Below, one piece after another: positions 27,416 through 36,545 of a stretch of DNA of 64,000 bases (positions are counted from its first letter, which is position 1; every line of letters starts with the position of its first letter). This DNA comes from a virus, in IMG/VR virus record IMGVR_UViG_3300009506_000004, positions 32,001-96,000 of that record. One strand, given 5' to 3'. The notes under the pieces are model-generated. The model was not told the DNA's origin. It worked only from the letters and a program-made list of their open reading frames with translations, and ran no database searches. A program made the position numbers and the translations under genes.

Positions 27416-28206
27416 CTAAGCCAATTTTTTCTTTCTCTTAACCAACGTAGGCTTTTTATTAAACCAGCTTCACTAACATCCCCAATAGTCCAACTTACCA
27501 ATCTTAAAAAATTAGGGTTAAACCCCTCGTGTAACAATTTAGTTATTAATTTCCTAACTTCTGATTTTTGTCTTATTATTCCTTTATCACCTTTTAAAAA
27601 AATTGTTTTTCTCTTAGTTTTTGCTGCACCTATTAATTTCCGTGCAATAGCTTCTGGATCATCTGATTTTTCTATTAACAATAAATCTTTGTCAGTAAAT
27701 TTTCTTAGTGCCGCATTTTTCTTAACAAAATCGGGCATCAAAATTAAATCACGTCTAACTTTAACCCATATTTTAGGTTTATTTAATTCCTTAGCTATAG
27801 ATTCTATTGTTCTATAAACAGGGAATATTTTATCTATAGCTAAAGCTTCTTCCCATATATTAAGATCCTTTCTTCTTAAATTTTCATCAAAATTTAACCT
27901 AACCATTTGTTCAGGAGATAAACCTATTTTTAATATTGCCGGAATAGTTTTAAGACCAAGTATCTTAAAAGCTATTGTCCTTCTTTCGCCACAAATAAGT
28001 TTATACTTAAAACCTTCTGGTACCCCTTGACATTCTTCAGCTAACTGAACCATAATTGGAATATGCAAACCATCATTTCTAATTGATTCTGTTAAATCTT
28101 CAACAGATTCGTCAGAAACATTTTTTCTACAATTAAATTCTGGATCTATCCAAATTTCAGAAACTAATATGTCAAATGTATCATATTTTGAATCAGCTAA
28201 CTCCAT
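27412..28206 (-). CDS. parB: ParB-like protein (ParB N domain plus HTH)
   Basis: L..SI...GL..PI.V, LICGERR, EN.RRKDL...EEA, HTH. Confidence 0.88.
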   Translation of the reverse strand: MELADSKYDTFDILVSEIWIDPEFNCRKNVSDESVEDLTESIRNDGLHIPIMVQLAEECQGVPEGFKYKLICGERRTIAFKILGLKTIPAILKIGLSPEQMVRLNFDENLRRKDLNIWEEALAIDKIFPVYRTIESIAKELNKPKIWVKVRRDLILMPDFVKKNAALRKFTDKDLLLIEKSDDPEAIARKLIGAAKTKRKTIFLKGDKGIIRQKSEVRKLITKLLHEGFNPNFLRLVSWTIGDVSEAGLIKSLRWLRERKNWLR

Positions 28207-28211
28207 ACTAT

Positions 28212-28240
28212 ATTATACCATATATTTAATATTTTGTCTA
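28212..28240 (-). promoter_or_regulatory. sigma70-type promoter, probably leaderless transcript
   Basis: TAGACA-17 nt-TATAAT with extended TG; ATG 5 nt after the -10 box. Confidence 0.6.
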
Positions 28241-28249
28241 CTATATTTG

Positions 28250-28912
28250 TCAAAAACCTTGCACAACTTTTATTTGTTGCGTTAATTTAGCCCTAATTCT
28301 CTTATCAATATTACATATCATACGACCATCTTCTTCAATATCAATGTTATAACCAAATCTTTTCATAAATCCACCATATTGTCTATTCATTAAATATTCC
28401 ATTATTCTTTTACTATCATCAGATTTAAAATAAGTAGTCCATGGATTTTTACCTTGTGTCTTATGTGCTTGATTATATGGTAATCTAAAATCATCATTTT
28501 TAGGGTCATTCGTACGCCTACCAAATACCCATCTTAAATCCTCTTCTAAATCTTCATAATAACACCAAATTTCAGCAGATTTCCATAATCCTCTAAGTGG
28601 TGTTGCAACTAATACATGGTCTCTATTATCCCATGCCCATTTTTCAAATGGTCCATTTCTACCAGGACTTACACGCCATTTTGTTATCAATACATCAAAT
28701 GGATTCCTAATTGTACAAATTATTTGGTATTCTTTTATATCTTTTGTAGATATATGTTCTCGCCTCCAATTAGTTAATTCATCAACATCAATATGATGAT
28801 GACCAAGTGTTGAAGCGCCACCTTCTTCCCTTAGTAATTTATCAGTTGCTCTACTTGCTGTATGAGGCTCAAATAAATAAATCCATTTTTGTTGTACGTT
28901 AATTAATGCCAT
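28250..28912 (-). CDS. sulfotransferase-family-like protein
   Basis: IYL..PHTASRA (5'-PSB-like), IRNPFD (3'-PB), YEDLEED. Confidence 0.65.
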   Translation of the reverse strand: MALINVQQKWIYLFEPHTASRATDKLLREEGGASTLGHHHIDVDELTNWRREHISTKDIKEYQIICTIRNPFDVLITKWRVSPGRNGPFEKWAWDNRDHVLVATPLRGLWKSAEIWCYYEDLEEDLRWVFGRRTNDPKNDDFRLPYNQAHKTQGKNPWTTYFKSDDSKRIMEYLMNRQYGGFMKRFGYNIDIEEDGRMICNIDKRIRAKLTQQIKVVQGF

Positions 28913-29414
28913 AACCTAATTTCTCCATTTCGTCTTTATAAGAATCAACAATCATTGATTTTATTTTAGGTGTATAAAGTGATTGCCATTTAATTCCTTT
29001 TGGGCGTTTAGATTTACTTCTAATTAATGGTCTAAATTCTAAGCCAGCGGTATTACATAAAGTAGCCCATTCATTTTCTAAAGATTCATATCTAAGAATA
29101 TAATTTGAATTAAATTTACTGTATAATGTAACTGGTTTTAAAAATGAATGCTTGCCATCAAGAACATTTTTAATAAATTCTTCAAATGGTGTAGATGAAC
29201 ACCGCCAATACCACCATGATACTAATACATCACAATGATGCCTGACAGATTCTACAATTAAAGTATCCCATTGAGTTAATACTGGTGGGTCATGATGTTC
29301 ACCTATTTTATTACCACCCATTTCTAAAATAGTTGTACCAACTGCTGTACTACCAACTCTATAATTACAACAATAAACTACAGGATAATCTTTACCTTGT
29401 ATAAAATAGGCCAT
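28899..29414 (-). CDS. sulfotransferase-family-like protein (divergent)
   Basis: YRVGSTAV, VRHHCD.LVSWW, LRYESLE, W..LY, D....GY. Confidence 0.65.
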   Translation of the reverse strand: MAYFIQGKDYPVVYCCNYRVGSTAVGTTILEMGGNKIGEHHDPPVLTQWDTLIVESVRHHCDVLVSWWYWRCSSTPFEEFIKNVLDGKHSFLKPVTLYSKFNSNYILRYESLENEWATLCNTAGLEFRPLIRSKSKRPKGIKWQSLYTPKIKSMIVDSYKDEMEKLGYGIN

Positions 29415-30727
29415 TAAATATCCTCCAATCCTGGAATAAAATACCGAGTTGGTTTTTCTAAGAAAGATTTAAAATTCCTAATATGTGCATTTATTCTCCA
29501 CGTAATTCCATGCTCAAAATTTACACCATGAAACCATTGTGTTGGTTCAGTATAACTATTATATCTATTATAAACATATGCATCAGAAGCAACCCAAGGT
29601 CCATTTATTACAAGTTCACCGTCCAAATCACCAATCATAGCAGGTTTATGAAAATGACCACAAACTTGGTAACGAATTCTTGGCAGACCAGTAGCTTGAT
29701 GTAATGATGATATACGTCTAGTCCGTCTTTCCAGACCATACCATGGGATTCCTAAAGAATTATTACGGATATCATCACCATGAAAAATTTGGAATCCAAC
29801 ACCATCTATATCTATATTAGCACAATAACAATCAGGTATTTGAAAAGAAACATTATCTAATTCTCTACAATGTTCTTGTGCGACTCTTCCAACTACATAA
29901 TCCCAATTATCATGTGCGCCATGGTAATCTTTCTTTTGTGATCTTCGTCCATGATTCCCAGGCACATAAATCACATTGACAGAATCAAAAAAGCTAGATA
30001 ATTCAGCAATCATACATCCATGTAATTGACCTATACCAAATGAATTTTTAAATTGGTTACGAAAATAAGATCTATTAACAGCACCATGTATTTCACCACT
30101 AGTATGATCACCATAAGCTAATATCCATAAAGTAGAAAATTTGTAAGTATTACCTACAATTCCTTGCGTATAACGTAATACACGATCTACATATCTTTCA
30201 GCACGCCTAATAGAAGTTGGAAAATCATGTTTTTCTAATCCACCACATTCTTCACTTTTAACTGTTTGGTCATGGTGTCCGTCAGATAAATGCATAACTA
30301 ATGTTTCTTGGATCAAACCAGTCTTTTTTATACCAGTTGGTCTCTTTGATTTAAATGATTTTATTGGCTTTATGCGATTCCCCATTTCTTCGACAACAGC
30401 TTTAAAAATAGATGCATCCTTTTTTGTAGCTTGATATTTTTTAGCAGTATGTCTTTTTTCTTCCCTTAAAGCCTCTATTTCTGATTCTAGTTCAAGAATT
30501 CTTTCATTTGTGGGGTCATATTTTGGGATTCTTTTTTGTGGTCCAGATAATTTAGGTTTATGCTCTTCTGGCCATTTTACATCTGACCAAAGTCTACCAG
30601 AATCAATATCACTTATTGTTGATCTACTTACTCCGTATTTCTTAGCTATTTGTTCTTGTGTTAAATTACCCTCTACTATTAATTTCTTGATGTTTGCTAC
30701 TTTGCAAACATTTAATTTTCTCATCAT
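29414..30727 (-). CDS. HTH plus coiled coil plus calcineurin-like metallophosphoesterase
   Basis: TQEQIA..YGVSRSTIS HTH; LSDGH, GD, GNHGR, HGD, GHFH. Confidence 0.85.
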   Translation of the reverse strand: MMRKLNVCKVANIKKLIVEGNLTQEQIAKKYGVSRSTISDIDSGRLWSDVKWPEEHKPKLSGPQKRIPKYDPTNERILELESEIEALREEKRHTAKKYQATKKDASIFKAVVEEMGNRIKPIKSFKSKRPTGIKKTGLIQETLVMHLSDGHHDQTVKSEECGGLEKHDFPTSIRRAERYVDRVLRYTQGIVGNTYKFSTLWILAYGDHTSGEIHGAVNRSYFRNQFKNSFGIGQLHGCMIAELSSFFDSVNVIYVPGNHGRRSQKKDYHGAHDNWDYVVGRVAQEHCRELDNVSFQIPDCYCANIDIDGVGFQIFHGDDIRNNSLGIPWYGLERRTRRISSLHQATGLPRIRYQVCGHFHKPAMIGDLDGELVINGPWVASDAYVYNRYNSYTEPTQWFHGVNFEHGITWRINAHIRNFKSFLEKPTRYFIPGLEDI

Positions 30728-30926
30728 CTTTTACCTTCAATGTCAAAGATTCTATCTGATCAGGGAAATACCTAGTTTTATCTTCAGATAAAAAACCTAC
30801 GTGAGCGATTCTATCCTGCATTTTTCTAGCTAAATCCCTTCCTCGTATACCTAAATAAAAAGTTTTATGCTCCTTGCCCTCAACAGCAACAATGCACAAA
30901 ATATAATCTTGTTCTTCTTTATTCAT
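30666..30926 (-). CDS. hypothetical protein
   Basis: ORF track; GAGG RBS. Confidence 0.6.
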   Translation of the reverse strand: MNKEEQDYILCIVAVEGKEHKTFYLGIRGRDLARKMQDRIAHVGFLSEDKTRYFPDQIESLTLKVKDDEKIKCLQSSKHQEINSRG

Positions 30927-30934
30927 ACTTTACC

Positions 30935-32023
30935 TCAATGAAATTCTGTACCACCGTGTCTAGATTCATAGTCCACACTAATAGATTTTGCAATAAGCCT
31001 ATCATTTAAAATTGGTGAATATGTTTCTTTTAATGGGGTAATAACAATACCTTCCCTTCCTTTAAAAACAGATTTGAAACGAGAAGGATGATTTACCACA
31101 CTACCACCATCTGTAAAATGATTCACAGAACACCATGAGAAACTACCAATAAATAATTCAGGAACAGTTCTTATTTCATATTTTTCACAATATTGTTTAA
31201 CTTCATCCCAATCAATATATACCCCATCAACCTTAATATCATAAATACGTAATTCCGGATTTTCATAACCATAATCTAAATCTTGAATTCCCCTACCAAA
31301 CATTTCCCCATAAATAACAACTGGCACTTCTTCATTACAAGCATCATTAAGTAACTCCATTACGTTTTCAGAAAGCATATTCCAATATTTATTACGAATA
31401 CCTTTAGAATTAAATTCCTTCAGGATCATATAGTGAGAACCAACCATAAATCTCCAATCACCATCATGTGTGTCCCTCACTACACCAAGCCTAATATTTG
31501 TACCATGAATCTTTTCAGTAATTCTTACTTGAGTCCCATCTTTCCAAGCATTAGGGTAAAGTTGAATCCTCTTTATCTTTGTGTATCTTGGGAATTCTGA
31601 GTGCTCTGTTCTTTCTATATCGCCAGCAAGGTTCAACGGTATAGGTGGCTCATATTTATATACACCATAATGAGTATCTAGATCCTGTTCCCAAATAGAT
31701 CTATCTAAGCTGATAAAACCATATGAAGGAATGCCTCTCAATCTAGCTGCAACAATCCTACATTTAGCTTTTTCACCATTTTTATACTGAGCATCCCTAA
31801 GATATTTATCTACACCTAATTCAACAGCTTTTTCTGGATCAATACAAATATCAGTCGGAAAATGTGCTACTATTTGGCCAACTTTTAATTTATTGGCTTC
31901 TTCTAAATTATGGATAACAGTAAACTTACCTACTTGGAGTATAGCTAAATTATCAGCATTAGGATGTTTAGCTATTGAATTAATTTTTCTATATGAAATA
32001 AATTCAGACATTATAATCCTCAC
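30935..32023 (-). CDS. ATP-dependent RNA ligase, DRB0094/Rnl2-type with N-terminal OB domain
   Basis: HPNAD.L, RLRG.PS.G, FP.YT, TEKIHGTN motif I, YGE.FG, REGIV, K.IS. Confidence 0.9.
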   Translation of the reverse strand: MRIIMSEFISYRKINSIAKHPNADNLAILQVGKFTVIHNLEEANKLKVGQIVAHFPTDICIDPEKAVELGVDKYLRDAQYKNGEKAKCRIVAARLRGIPSYGFISLDRSIWEQDLDTHYGVYKYEPPIPLNLAGDIERTEHSEFPRYTKIKRIQLYPNAWKDGTQVRITEKIHGTNIRLGVVRDTHDGDWRFMVGSHYMILKEFNSKGIRNKYWNMLSENVMELLNDACNEEVPVVIYGEMFGRGIQDLDYGYENPELRIYDIKVDGVYIDWDEVKQYCEKYEIRTVPELFIGSFSWCSVNHFTDGGSVVNHPSRFKSVFKGREGIVITPLKETYSPILNDRLIAKSISVDYESRHGGTEFH

Positions 32024-34007
32024 TAAAATTCCCTAAAGTCATTAATTCAACCTTTCTGTTATCTTTCAAAACATTCAATACTCTTCTGTCAGTTGGTAAA
32101 TGAAAAAGATCAACAATAGTAGCACCACCTGTCATACCAGTTCTATGTATTCTATCTTCTGCTTGTGTTCTGCTAGCTGGGTCAAAATCATTACTATAAA
32201 AAACAGCTACAGTAGAACCAGGTATCTTACCTTGTGGGCATAGTGTTAATGAAACACCACCAGATTTTGGATGTGCTATAAATGCTACTTTGTTATTATT
32301 TGGATCAGTCCAATAATCAAGTGGGTTTGGTAATTTTATAACTTCTGTCTTTAATGAACCATCTTCATTTTGTGCCCTAATTAATTTTTCAATACGCCAA
32401 CCTCTACCATCAACACGCATTGTATCCCATCCTTCTTTTTGCGCTGTTTTTATTAACCTATCAATAGACCCAGTAAAACCAGCAAAAATCACAATTCTTC
32501 CATCATCACTAACTTGGTTGAGTAAATCTACTATCGCATCAATTTTTGGACAAGCAACTTCGCGCGTTATTCTTTTATATTTTACTATTTTTCTTGAACC
32601 ATTACAAACAGTACATGAAATTGTTCTCTGTTGTAATTCTGATACAAAATCAGATGAAAGCAAGTCAATATCTCTTATAGTAGCATCAGGATCATTTGGA
32701 TGAAAATACTGTAACTCAGTACCATCTGTACAAGCATTACAATCTTCAAAACCATCTTCTATCTCACGGTACTGAAATCCATCAGACAATTCTCGTAATT
32801 GAGTTAAACCAATTATCACATTCTGAGCTGTTCTAACTAAAGCTCCAGCTACACGTAATATAGCTGGTTTTGGTTCACAAATAATCTCTTTATATACTTT
32901 ATCTGGGAGATCTAAACAATCTTCTTTATGGACTACAGTTACTAATCCTTTTAATCTTTGATATAAAAGAGCTACTTCATTAGTTGATTGTTTATATGTG
33001 TGTATATCAAAATTAACATCTTCACAAATAATTTCTCCATCATTTAAAATATGGTGGCCAAATTCCAAATAATGACCACACTCAGCACAACGTTTTTCAT
33101 CATTCTTCCAAGCTACTCTAACAGGATATATTTGACCAGATAAATTATCTTCAAGTCTAAAAAAGCCTAATCTTTTTTCAAATGCTTCTATAGAACCTTC
33201 TTTCACAAACCCAGGCCAAGTAACTTCACATTGAGACCACCAATCTCTTGGTGCCTTTGGTGAAGGTGTTCCTGTCATAAGAATTACGTATCCATTCTTT
33301 CCATATTCATCACGTATAGTATTAGCTAATTGTTGAGCGCATTGAGCCCTCTGAGTAGTTGGCGTTTTTATATTTTGAGTTTCATCAAAAATAACCCCCT
33401 GTGGTGCCGGGTCACCAGATTTCCACTCCCTCATTTTCTTCTTTAAACCATCATACGAAAGCATTACTGGGCAAATATTTTCATCCAATCCCCATTTTAT
33501 AAATTCTTTTCGTATTCCGTATAATGAAGATTTAGGTCCAATCCACCACCAAGGTTTAACACCAGATAATTTCATTACTGCAATAGCTGATAAAGTTTTA
33601 CCGACCCCTAAACCAGCAGCCCAAATTTGGTAATGATAAGTTAATGCAATATCTGACATTAATTTTTGGTGTGCCATTAAATCAAAATATCCGAAATCGG
33701 CACTACCGAATTTCGGATAATCATGTGTTATAATTGGTCTATCAAACCATTCATATGGATTTCCACCACTCAAATAATCAATTTGAAATAAATTTCTATG
33801 AGTGTTGGCTATTGTCCAAATTTTTCTAGGGTGACTAATATCATTTCCGCACCAATGCGAACCCTGCATTGACTTAATCTCATCTTTAAGAGCAAATGGA
33901 AGTTTAAGGAATTCAATTCTCGACCCATCTATCTTGTATTCTACTGGAAACTTATATGTACCTTTTTTCGTTTCATGAATAAACTTAGTCTTTATAACTT
34001 CACACAT
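32004..34007 (-). CDS. SNF2-family helicase with zinc-finger insertions
   Basis: GLGVGKT, DETQ..K, MTGTP, QLR, SGG..LTL, QAEDRIHR.G. Confidence 0.88.
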   Translation of the reverse strand: MCEVIKTKFIHETKKGTYKFPVEYKIDGSRIEFLKLPFALKDEIKSMQGSHWCGNDISHPRKIWTIANTHRNLFQIDYLSGGNPYEWFDRPIITHDYPKFGSADFGYFDLMAHQKLMSDIALTYHYQIWAAGLGVGKTLSAIAVMKLSGVKPWWWIGPKSSLYGIRKEFIKWGLDENICPVMLSYDGLKKKMREWKSGDPAPQGVIFDETQNIKTPTTQRAQCAQQLANTIRDEYGKNGYVILMTGTPSPKAPRDWWSQCEVTWPGFVKEGSIEAFEKRLGFFRLEDNLSGQIYPVRVAWKNDEKRCAECGHYLEFGHHILNDGEIICEDVNFDIHTYKQSTNEVALLYQRLKGLVTVVHKEDCLDLPDKVYKEIICEPKPAILRVAGALVRTAQNVIIGLTQLRELSDGFQYREIEDGFEDCNACTDGTELQYFHPNDPDATIRDIDLLSSDFVSELQQRTISCTVCNGSRKIVKYKRITREVACPKIDAIVDLLNQVSDDGRIVIFAGFTGSIDRLIKTAQKEGWDTMRVDGRGWRIEKLIRAQNEDGSLKTEVIKLPNPLDYWTDPNNNKVAFIAHPKSGGVSLTLCPQGKIPGSTVAVFYSNDFDPASRTQAEDRIHRTGMTGGATIVDLFHLPTDRRVLNVLKDNRKVELMTLGNFSEDYNV

Positions 34008-34010
34008 TAA

Positions 34011-34877
34011 TTAAACCTTTGCAAAATTACTATGATATTTCTCAGCTGCTTTTTTGTAAGTTTTAGCTGCTTCTTCTATGTCATCAAAAAGACCTAAATG
34101 TTTTTGTTTACTGTTTACTTGAATTTTCACTTGCCATTTATTACGATGCCAACTAACACCTTTATGACCACTAGTATTATTTTTCTGTTTTCCTCTATTC
34201 ATTTTATTTTGTGAACGAGTAGCAGATCTTAAATTTTCTCTTCTATTGTCTAATTTATCACCATTTATGTGGTCAATATCATTAGATAAATCTAATCCCA
34301 TCCGTTCTGCTATTTCTCTATGCATAAGAATGGTTCTATAAGCATAACGATTATAACACCAACTAAATTGACTAAGATCATAGTCTTCTTCAGAAACAAT
34401 AGCAAATTTATTTTTAGGTAGTAAAATTTTCTTTCCAAGTAGTAAAATTACATTATTTGTAGCAAATTCTCCAAAATATTTTTCAGCAGCTTCTTTGTAA
34501 GCTTTAGCTGCTTCTTCTTTATCTTCAAAACAACCTAAATGTTTCTTTTTACCATTTATTATAATTCGTGCCTCCCATTTATTACGATGCCAACTAACAC
34601 CTTTATGACCACTAGTATTATTTTTAGGTTTTCCACTATTCATCATATTTTGAGAACGAGTAGCAGACCTTAAATTTTCTCTTCTATTATCTAGTTTATC
34701 ACCATTTATATGATCAATTTCGTTTGATAAATCTAATCCCATTCTTTCTGCTATTCCTCTATGCATAAGAATATTTCTACGAGCATAATCTTTATAACAC
34801 CAATTAAATTGACTAAGATATTCAAAATCTTCTTCAGAAACAATAACAAATTTATTTCTAGATAATTCAATCCTCAT
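34011..34877 (-). CDS. tandem double HNH-AP2 homing endonuclease
   Basis: Two copies of MHR...DHINGDKLDNRRENLR...N plus an AP2 domain (SG.KGVSW...HLG.F...EEAA). Confidence 0.9.
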   Translation of the reverse strand: MRIELSRNKFVIVSEEDFEYLSQFNWCYKDYARRNILMHRGIAERMGLDLSNEIDHINGDKLDNRRENLRSATRSQNMMNSGKPKNNTSGHKGVSWHRNKWEARIIINGKKKHLGCFEDKEEAAKAYKEAAEKYFGEFATNNVILLLGKKILLPKNKFAIVSEEDYDLSQFSWCYNRYAYRTILMHREIAERMGLDLSNDIDHINGDKLDNRRENLRSATRSQNKMNRGKQKNNTSGHKGVSWHRNKWQVKIQVNSKQKHLGLFDDIEEAAKTYKKAAEKYHSNFAKV

Positions 34878-35365
34878 TTTAAAAATTTCACATTCCCAAA
34901 AACAGTATCATGAATAAAATTATCAAGGTCATATTTTGCAAATTGAGAATAGCATACTTTTCCCCACTCTTTTACAGAATTATTATAATCAGTAGAATGT
35001 TTTAATGCCAATGACCATTGTTCTCCATCACCTGTAAAAATTACGGATAGTATACCACGATTCTCTTTACTTTGTAGGCAACGTAAATTATGTGGAAAAC
35101 CCATCACATCTATTATATCAAATTCTGGACCAGCGCATAACATTCCAAAATGCATCATCCCAAATAAATTACTTAATTCGTCGATCTTTGAGGTATTACC
35201 GCAGTCATTAAATAGTTTAAAATAAGCTAATAAATAAGCATATTTGCTTTTTGGTCTCTTACAATTTTGGAGTGTTGCAGCTGTATTTATACCTATTAAC
35301 TGTTCACAAAAGGAGTGGAAAGAATCATTCAAAGTACTTATAGAAATCATTTCAGCATGTATCAT
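34874..35365 (-). CDS. hypothetical protein
   Basis: ORF track. Confidence 0.7.
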   Translation of the reverse strand: MIHAEMISISTLNDSFHSFCEQLIGINTAATLQNCKRPKSKYAYLLAYFKLFNDCGNTSKIDELSNLFGMMHFGMLCAGPEFDIIDVMGFPHNLRCLQSKENRGILSVIFTGDGEQWSLALKHSTDYNNSVKEWGKVCYSQFAKYDLDNFIHDTVFGNVKFLK

Positions 35366-35711
35366 TACGCCACCGCCAATAATCCGTATAAATACGTGAA
35401 TGTTCTATACCCCACGTATCTGAGTGTTGTCCATCATGATCACCTTCTTCAAATGGTCCATTTCTATGGTTATCAAGTATATGTCCTAATTCATGTAAAA
35501 TCGAATCCACTAATCTATTTGCATCAACCCTTCTAGACAACCAAAGTATATATGTACCGTCTGGTCTTGGATCAAATAATGCATCGCATTCCTCACCTTT
35601 ATAAATAATTTTAGGTTTAGTCCTAAACCTAATAGTTAAACCAGGAAAATATTTTTTAGCCCATTTTACTGTCTCTTTAACAATATTATTTTTTATAGCT
35701 AATTTTCCCAT
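35352..35711 (-). CDS. zincin-like metallopeptidase (HExxH)
   Basis: SILHELGH plus a downstream H...W. Confidence 0.75.
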   Translation of the reverse strand: MGKLAIKNNIVKETVKWAKKYFPGLTIRFRTKPKIIYKGEECDALFDPRPDGTYILWLSRRVDANRLVDSILHELGHILDNHRNGPFEEGDHDGQHSDTWGIEHSRIYTDYWRWRNDTC

Positions 35712-35726
35712 CTGTTCACCTTAAAA

Positions 35727-35806
35727 GTCTAGGTACAAGAATTGAACTTGATTTCTTTGTTCCATACACAATATATGCACTGCCCGCACCCAGCGAGTCA
35801 CCTAAA
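35727..35806 (-). ncRNA. non-canonical tRNA-like element (8/4 fold, TAT at loop centre)
   Basis: TTTAGGTG/TACCTAGA 8-bp acceptor, CTCGC-TGGGT-GCGGG D-arm, GTGCA-TATATTG-TGTAT, CAAG-TTCAATT-CTTG T-arm. Confidence 0.55.
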
Positions 35807-35968
35807 CTATTTAGTTAAAATTTCAATATCATCAAGACTATCAAGCCAAATCAAATCCTCCAAAATATTAGGCAATTCAACAAATTCTCCATTAAGTGCT
35901 TGTTGTAAACCTTCTATAACAAGATTCAATGCATCTTGATTTTTATAAAGCCATGTTTCATCTATCAT
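35807..35968 (-). CDS. small acidic antitoxin-like peptide (53 aa), not in ORF track
   Basis: Manual translation MIDETWLYKNQDALNLVIEGLQQALNGEFVELPNILEDL...; fills the gap between tRNA-Pro and the tRNA-like element. Confidence 0.6.
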   Translation of the reverse strand: MIDETWLYKNQDALNLVIEGLQQALNGEFVELPNILEDLIWLDSLDDIEILTK

Positions 35969-35981
35969 ATGATTATCTTAG

Positions 35982-36055
35982 TCTAGATGGTAGGACTCGA
36001 ACCTACGACCCCGTGTGCCCAGGACACGTGTTCTACCAAACTGAACTACATCTAG
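35982..36055 (-). tRNA. tRNA-Pro(UGG), C at position 33
   Basis: CTAGATG/CATCTAG acceptor with A73, CGTGT-CCTGGGC-ACACG, GGTTCGAGTCC. Confidence 0.88.
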
Positions 36056-36306
36056 CTTTCTAGTGATTCTTCTTTTCTTGCTAATCTTATATTAAATGCT
36101 GGTGATGAAATAATACCTCGTTTTACAATTAAAGTATCTGGGCTAGGAGTTTCTAATTTTGTAGCAACATCATCTATTTTTTGTGCTGCTACTGTTTTTG
36201 CTTCTTCATCAGATAAACCTAAATCACTAATAAAACTAACAAGCACATATTCTTTACCATCATCAGTAGTTACCCAAATTTCATATGGTGTTAATGCTAA
36301 TGTCAT
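36052..36306 (-). CDS. hypothetical protein
   Basis: ORF track; AGGAG RBS. Confidence 0.75.
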   Translation of the reverse strand: MTLALTPYEIWVTTDDGKEYVLVSFISDLGLSDEEAKTVAAQKIDDVATKLETPSPDTLIVKRGIISSPAFNIRLARKEESLES

Positions 36307-36331
36307 ATTTTATATCTCCTATTGTAAATAA

Positions 36332-36400
36332 TGGCAGAGACAGGAATTGAACCTGTAAATTCGGCTTATGAGACCGAATGGGATACCAATCCACTCTGCT
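36332..36400 (-). tRNA. tRNA-Met(CAU), initiator-like, short D-arm
   Basis: A1:C72 mismatch, TCGGT-CTCATAA-GCCGA, ACAGG-TTCAATT-CCTGT; 69 nt. Confidence 0.8.
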
Positions 36401-36405
36401 ACAAA

Positions 36406-36541
36406 AGGCGAGAGACAAACCAATACTTTATTATACATATATCCTTAGGTCTTACTATAATGTTTGTTGGTCAAGCGATGACTATACAATACCAATAATT
36501 CGGACGTAAGTGTCAATTATTTATTGTGTTTTTGCCCGCCT
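36406..36541 (-). ncRNA. candidate structured RNA between tRNAs (Y-RNA-like motif)
   Basis: Ends pair (AGGCG..GGCAAA / TTTGTC..CGCCT); internal GTCCGA...CTTGAC bulged helix. Confidence 0.4.
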
Positions 36542-36545
36542 GTAA

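Noticed and set aside
36490-36516. Promoter at TTGACA in the tRNA spacer
   Set aside because: No -10 box at 16-18 nt spacing
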